DNA of 64,000 bases from Candidatus Altimarinota bacterium. Lineage in GTDB: Bacteria > Patescibacteriota > Gracilibacteria > CAIRYL01. Positions 59,619-64,000 of this stretch are shown here, piece by piece (the stretch's first letter is position 1; every line of letters starts with the position of its first letter). Below the pieces are notes generated by a model that worked only from the letters and a program-made list of their open reading frames with translations, searched no databases and was not told where the DNA came from. Made by a program: the position numbers and the translations under genes. The stretch is taken from assembly GCA_965250085.1 (NCBI GenBank), contig OZ252287.1:1-64000 (forward strand), given 5' to 3'.

Positions 59619-60439
59619 TTTGTGTTTCGAGGATTTGGCTTCCCTTTCCATTTCCAAAAATATTTGAAAGCACTCATGGCGTGTATTTGGACTGTCTTTT
59701 TTCGAAAAAAATCAAAGATACCCTTTGTTTCCGAAAGTCGTTCATGATTGTGAAGTGCAGAGTATTGAGGATGAAACACAACCTGCCAGCCATGTGACCA
59801 AAGTGATCTACAAATATCAGTGTCTTCCAAAAAGAGAAAATATCTTGGATCAAATCCTCCGACTTTTTTCCAGGCATCTTTTCGGGCAATAAAAAAAGCT
59901 CCCACCACCCAATCAACAGCTGTAGGAACAGTAAGATTGATATTCCACATGAGGAAACGAGCAATGCGTTTTGGAAATACCTTTCGTAAAAAACCAATTC
60001 GTTTTATCACCATGTCCGGCAAAGAGGGAAATCGGCGAAATGAATCTTGCATTTTTTTATTGGGCAAGATCAATTTGGGTGCTACCAGCCCCACTTTTTC
60101 ATTCTCTTTCAAGTATCTGAGCAGTCCGTCAAAAGTTCCGGCATGGACCTCAATATCTGGATTCATCACAGCAATATACCTTCCTTTTGCAAGAGTAATT
60201 CCTGCTTCGTTTCCCTGACCGTATCCTAAGTTTTTTACAAGTTCCACAAATCTCAGGGGCAGTTTTTCCTTCCATTTATTTCTCAGATTCATAAGGCTTC
60301 CATCCCTGGATGCATTATCTACAAGAATGATTTCATATTCTGCAGATGGGGTATTTTTCGCAATAGACTCAAGGCATTTGTGACAAAATGCTTCAGATTT
60401 GTAATTGAGAATAATAATAGAAAGCTCTGGAGTATTCAT
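59615..60439 (-). CDS. GT2 glycosyltransferase (rhamnosyltransferase-like)
   Basis: SIIILNY, VDNASRDGS, NLGYG, MNPD, GGFDPRYFLFLEDTD. Confidence 0.93.
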   Translation of the reverse strand: MNTPELSIIILNYKSEAFCHKCLESIAKNTPSAEYEIILVDNASRDGSLMNLRNKWKEKLPLRFVELVKNLGYGQGNEAGITLAKGRYIAVMNPDIEVHAGTFDGLLRYLKENEKVGLVAPKLILPNKKMQDSFRRFPSLPDMVIKRIGFLRKVFPKRIARFLMWNINLTVPTAVDWVVGAFFIARKDAWKKVGGFDPRYFLFLEDTDICRSLWSHGWQVVFHPQYSALHNHERLSETKGIFDFFRKKTVQIHAMSAFKYFWKWKGKPNPRNTK

Positions 60440-60466
60440 GACTTTCAAAGTGTAGCAAATTCTTAT

Positions 60467-61228
60467 TTATGAAGATACGGACCAAATGACATCAAATAGA
60501 GACTCCATGGTCTTGTAGAAGGTTTCACTTTCAATGATAAGTCCATGTACATGTTTATGAAAATCAATAATAGCAACTTCTTTGGACTTACAAAGAATAA
60601 TTTCGGAATGGAGCTTGAAAGGGAATTTTTTTATAATTCTTGTTTCTCTGTTAGATATCATATCAAGCGATTGATACCTTGTACTGAGTTTGCTTTTTTC
60701 TACTAATACCTTACTAAAGGTATTCTTTTGAATCTTTTTGGCAATAAAATCTCTTTTTAAAAACTTCTTCAACCCTTTTGGCATAATATCTACTGTGAGA
60801 AATGATTTTTGAATATCACTTTTTTGGAGAGTAGAAAGGTACAGATTCATAACAGCTTCATTGCCTTCAAAAATTCGAACTGTCGGTTTTTCGAAAAATT
60901 GTTTTTCTAGTTTCAACACTTCTTCTATAAAATCTTGCGCCATCTTTTTTCTTCCTTTTAGATCAGCAATATCCCGTTCTATAATGTCCACAAAAATTTC
61001 AGGCGATACAGACATATACGCATTTACTTCATTTACTTCTGTCTGAGCAATGATGCCTTTTTGCAAAAGTCTTTTTAAGACTGAGTACACAGTGGTTCTA
61101 TCAATTTTTGTTCTTGTCGCAATAGAACTCGCATAAGAAATGCCATGAGTGTAAATATCCAAATAAATTTCTCTATCTTTCTTGTTAAATCCCTGATGAG
61201 CAAGAAAGGAGGCAATAGTTTCATGCAT
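60467..61228 (-). CDS. TrmB family transcriptional regulator
   Basis: HTH (ASSIATRTKIDRTTVYSVLKRL), VRIFEG, C-terminal GLIIES..YKTMESLFDVIW. Confidence 0.88.
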   Translation of the reverse strand: MHETIASFLAHQGFNKKDREIYLDIYTHGISYASSIATRTKIDRTTVYSVLKRLLQKGIIAQTEVNEVNAYMSVSPEIFVDIIERDIADLKGRKKMAQDFIEEVLKLEKQFFEKPTVRIFEGNEAVMNLYLSTLQKSDIQKSFLTVDIMPKGLKKFLKRDFIAKKIQKNTFSKVLVEKSKLSTRYQSLDMISNRETRIIKKFPFKLHSEIILCKSKEVAIIDFHKHVHGLIIESETFYKTMESLFDVIWSVSS

Positions 61229-61230
61229 GA

Positions 61231-61285
61231 GTGTTGATAATATTTCAACACATGCATTATATTATGCTCTTTTGCTCTCCAGCAA
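61231..61285 (-). promoter_or_regulatory. promoter and palindromic operator of the TrmB-like gene
   Basis: GTGTTGA-N7-TCAACAC (61231-61251) between minus-strand TATAAT (61256-61261) and the ATG; TTGCTG 18 nt upstream of the -10. Confidence 0.6.
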
Positions 61286-61380
61286 GAGAAAACGAATCAA
61301 AATCAAAGAATACTCTTTTTTATAATCTTATAATCTGCTTGTACTGTCAGTGCATAAGTTTATGAATTTATTTTTGACGT

Positions 61381-62112
61381 ATGCAATATCCAGTTCGAGT
61401 GTATGCAGATGCAGAAAGCACATTGCTCCAACAGGAAAGTCTTGTGGAGATCGCAAGAAGATCTGGAAAAACAGAGGATGTAGAGTCTAAAGATGTTATG
61501 AATGGATACAATGTTTGGACTCCAGAGCTCCAAGCTCGATCTTTACAAACTCGCTGTAATATATTGAATATGAGTCATGACATGCTCTTGAAGCAAGCAG
61601 GGCTCATGACACCAACACCTGGTTCTCAGGATTTTGTAGAGCATTGTCGCTCACATCGCATTCCTCTCACGGTTGTGAGTGGTGGTATAAACACGGTTAT
61701 TTGGCCAATTCTGAAAAAAATGGGAATACATCGCAAGTATTTGTATTCACCACAGGCAGGAGATTGTGAAGATGGATTTAGAATTCTTGAACATCCTCGA
61801 AATCTCCCTCCTAAAGTAAATGTTTTTTCTAAAAAAGATGTCATTAACTACTGTAAGAGAAGATATGGAGAGCATATCGCTGTAGTGATTGGAGATGGAG
61901 CAAATGATGTAAGTGCAGGTGATATCAACATCGCTTTTACAGGAGTTGTACAACGTCCAAAAGTAGTAGAAAAAGCAGATACTGAGGGAGAAGATTTCCC
62001 AAAGGTTCAGGAGATTATATCTGGCATTATAGAAAACAGAGCTACTCTACGTCTACCACTAGGAGCTATCTTAAATAGAGAGACCGTAGAGCAACTTATT
62101 CAAGACGTATAG
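61381..62112 (+). CDS. divergent HAD-IB phosphatase (SerB-like)
   Basis: DAESTL motif I (DxE), VVSGG motif II, K and IGDGAND motifs III/IV. Confidence 0.75.
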   Translation: MQYPVRVYADAESTLLQQESLVEIARRSGKTEDVESKDVMNGYNVWTPELQARSLQTRCNILNMSHDMLLKQAGLMTPTPGSQDFVEHCRSHRIPLTVVSGGINTVIWPILKKMGIHRKYLYSPQAGDCEDGFRILEHPRNLPPKVNVFSKKDVINYCKRRYGEHIAVVIGDGANDVSAGDINIAFTGVVQRPKVVEKADTEGEDFPKVQEIISGIIENRATLRLPLGAILNRETVEQLIQDV

Positions 62113-62145
62113 CAGTATTCAAGAATACAGAAAATTTATTTCATA

Positions 62146-63480
62146 CTATGTATAATTTTTGAGCCAACTGCGAATCACATGCTTAGATGTGCCAAGAGAT
62201 TCGAGAATGCTGTCAGGAACAGGATTACGGAAGCGGTACACCCCTACTCCTGAATAGAGATCATTTCCGAATCGACCAAGTGTTGCTAACTTTGACTGTG
62301 TAATATTTAGTTTGTGCTCACCCAAGAGAGAAGTAATTTCACCTTCCGCACCTCGTTTATTTTTATGGATCACAAAGAGATCATGGAGTTCTCCAGCCGA
62401 AAACGCGTCAACTCCCGGCAGTTTAATAGTGGGAGACACATTCACCCCATTTGTGACTTCTAATCTTTCAAAAAAATTTCGAATTACTTCCACAGCATCC
62501 AAAGCAACTCTTTCTTGTGACTCAGGAGTGTTTCCTCCAAGATGTGAAGTGAGGTGCAATTTGTCTTCTGGAATTCCTTGCAAAGGACTCTGGAAGTTTT
62601 GTCCTTCATGGACAAAGACATCAACAGCAGATCTCCCTATTCGATTTTCCTCTAGGGCTTTTGCGAGTGATCCTTCATCGACAACGCCTCCACGACCCGC
62701 ATGAAGAAATACTCCATTTTTTTTCATCCATCGAAACTGATCTTCTCCCACCATATTTTCGGTAACATCCTTTATAAGGGGCATATGGACGCTTATCGCA
62801 TCGGATTCTCGAAAAAGAGTCTCCATATCAACTTTTTCGACCTCAGGGATATCAGCTTTTGGATGAGGATCACTAAAAATAACGCTCAACCCCATTAATT
62901 TCATCATTTGGGCGACTTCTGTTCCAATTCTTCCTCCACCCAGAACGCCAAATACTTTCTCAGAAATCTCACGTCGTACTCCTTGCTTAAGCCATTCTCC
63001 CTGAGATTCTTTTCTATTGGAAGTTGTGTGTGGACGCATTCTTCTGGAAATATCTTGAGTATTTTCAAATGCCCAAAGCAAGGAGTACAAAACCCATTGC
63101 TTTACAGCAGGGATATTTGCAAAAGGTGTGTTAGCAACAACTATTCCACGCTCTGCAGTAAGCTCCGAATCTATATTATCAGTTCCAACTCCTCCTCGTA
63201 TAACAAGAGAACCACCCAGAGCTTCGATGGCCTCAACGCCAGCTTCGTCATTCTTTAAATTGGTACCCGATCTGAGAACAGTAGCATCTGCCCATGCCAA
63301 AAGTTCTAAGAGTCTCGCTCTGTCAGGTGCATCATCTTTCGTAAATCTTTTTACATTTCCATTTTCCACCCCTAATTCATGCAATCTTTGCTCTCCGGCA
63401 TGATGCACGCCGTCAAGAAACAAAACCTTTAGATCACGAACACTTTTATCACTTAGATCAACAGGAGGGGCAGCTTTCAT
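62146..63480 (-). CDS. serA: D-3-phosphoglycerate dehydrogenase-like (SerA-like, ACT-like tail)
   Basis: GVGTDNID, GGGRIG, GRGGVVDE, DVFVHE, SHLGGNTPESQ; HKNKRG ACT-like segment. Confidence 0.7.
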   Translation of the reverse strand: MKAAPPVDLSDKSVRDLKVLFLDGVHHAGEQRLHELGVENGNVKRFTKDDAPDRARLLELLAWADATVLRSGTNLKNDEAGVEAIEALGGSLVIRGGVGTDNIDSELTAERGIVVANTPFANIPAVKQWVLYSLLWAFENTQDISRRMRPHTTSNRKESQGEWLKQGVRREISEKVFGVLGGGRIGTEVAQMMKLMGLSVIFSDPHPKADIPEVEKVDMETLFRESDAISVHMPLIKDVTENMVGEDQFRWMKKNGVFLHAGRGGVVDEGSLAKALEENRIGRSAVDVFVHEGQNFQSPLQGIPEDKLHLTSHLGGNTPESQERVALDAVEVIRNFFERLEVTNGVNVSPTIKLPGVDAFSAGELHDLFVIHKNKRGAEGEITSLLGEHKLNITQSKLATLGRFGNDLYSGVGVYRFRNPVPDSILESLGTSKHVIRSWLKNYT

Positions 63481-63624
63481 AATGAGAAGTTTTTAATAGG
63501 ATTCCTTTATAATCATTTTTTATACCTTTGTCAAGTACAGTATTTCCCTCAAGAAGTGACCTTATAAAAACAAAAAGAGAGTTTTTGACTCCTCATAAAA
63601 AATACTTCCGTCTAGTGATTTTTT

Positions 63625-64000
63625 TTATTTGTCAAAAAATTGCTCTATATCTTTTGGAGATGCTTTCTTTTTAAGTGATTTTTTCTTTTTTGCAATATCA
63701 CCAGAGAGTTTTTTGAGTTTTTTTCGTGTATACCAAAACACTTTTGGCTCACAAAAGAAGGTAAAAAAATAGGTACAAAGTTGATACCACCATGTTTTGA
63801 GTTTTGTTTTGAAGGAAAATTGAGAAGAAAAGTTTTTCTGAAGGAGTATTTGATGGTCTAGAAATGACCATTTTTTTACGACCAGTGACTTGTTTTTTCG
63901 ATTTGTAATAATACCAGTACTTGCTTTTTCTACAGTGCGATCATGATAGGCGATTGCCTTGGGGGTATACAGACATTTCCACCCAGCCCATCTCAAACGA
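63625..64000 (-). CDS. GT2 glycosyltransferase, C-terminal part (truncated by the window)
   Basis: RLRWAGWKCLYTPKAIAYHDR, typical of a GT2 C-terminal region. Confidence 0.7.
   Translation of the reverse strand, partial: RLRWAGWKCLYTPKAIAYHDRTVEKASTGIITNRKNKSLVVKKWSFLDHQILLQKNFSSQFSFKTKLKTWWYQLCTYFFTFFCEPKVFWYTRKKLKKLSGDIAKKKKSLKKKASPKDIEQFFDK

Overview
64 kb of AT-rich bacterial chromosome, most likely a Patescibacteria (CPR) genome. This call is an inference from the unlinked 16S gene, the PrgI/TraC-like pair, the PilB-type ATPase, the TrmB-type regulator, the GT4-GH57-GH15 glycogen genes and the giant DUF11 surface protein. Standard code 11 is used (TGA is a stop), which argues against code-25 Gracilibacteria and fits a Peregrinibacteria-like lineage. 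Housekeeping genes (rluD, tyrS, mnmA, rplU, rsmI, efp, nadK, tRNA-Arg, a solitary 16S) are interleaved with single accessory genes and ORFans, and with biosynthetic genes that are uncommon in CPR (ispG, nadB, proA, aroC, serA/serB-like). The most notable signals are: (1) a five-gene split sensory system (stand-alone Cache, kinase-less HAMP protein, PhnD-like binding protein, PAS kinase, receiver); (2) nested 19-21 bp palindromic micro-insertions seen in both filled and empty states inside REP/MITE-like repeats and a tRNA fragment; (3) tRNA-Arg flanked by interrupted copies of both of its ends, next to a hicB-hicA-like pair; (4) an FG-GAP/SLH adhesin gene bracketed by an exact 22-bp direct repeat that contains the putative efp -35 box; (5) a wHTH-PIN-2TM protein; (6) a possible shared amphipathic motif in several ORFans. 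No CRISPR array, transposase, integrase or reverse transcriptase was seen. All family assignments are by eye, without database searches.
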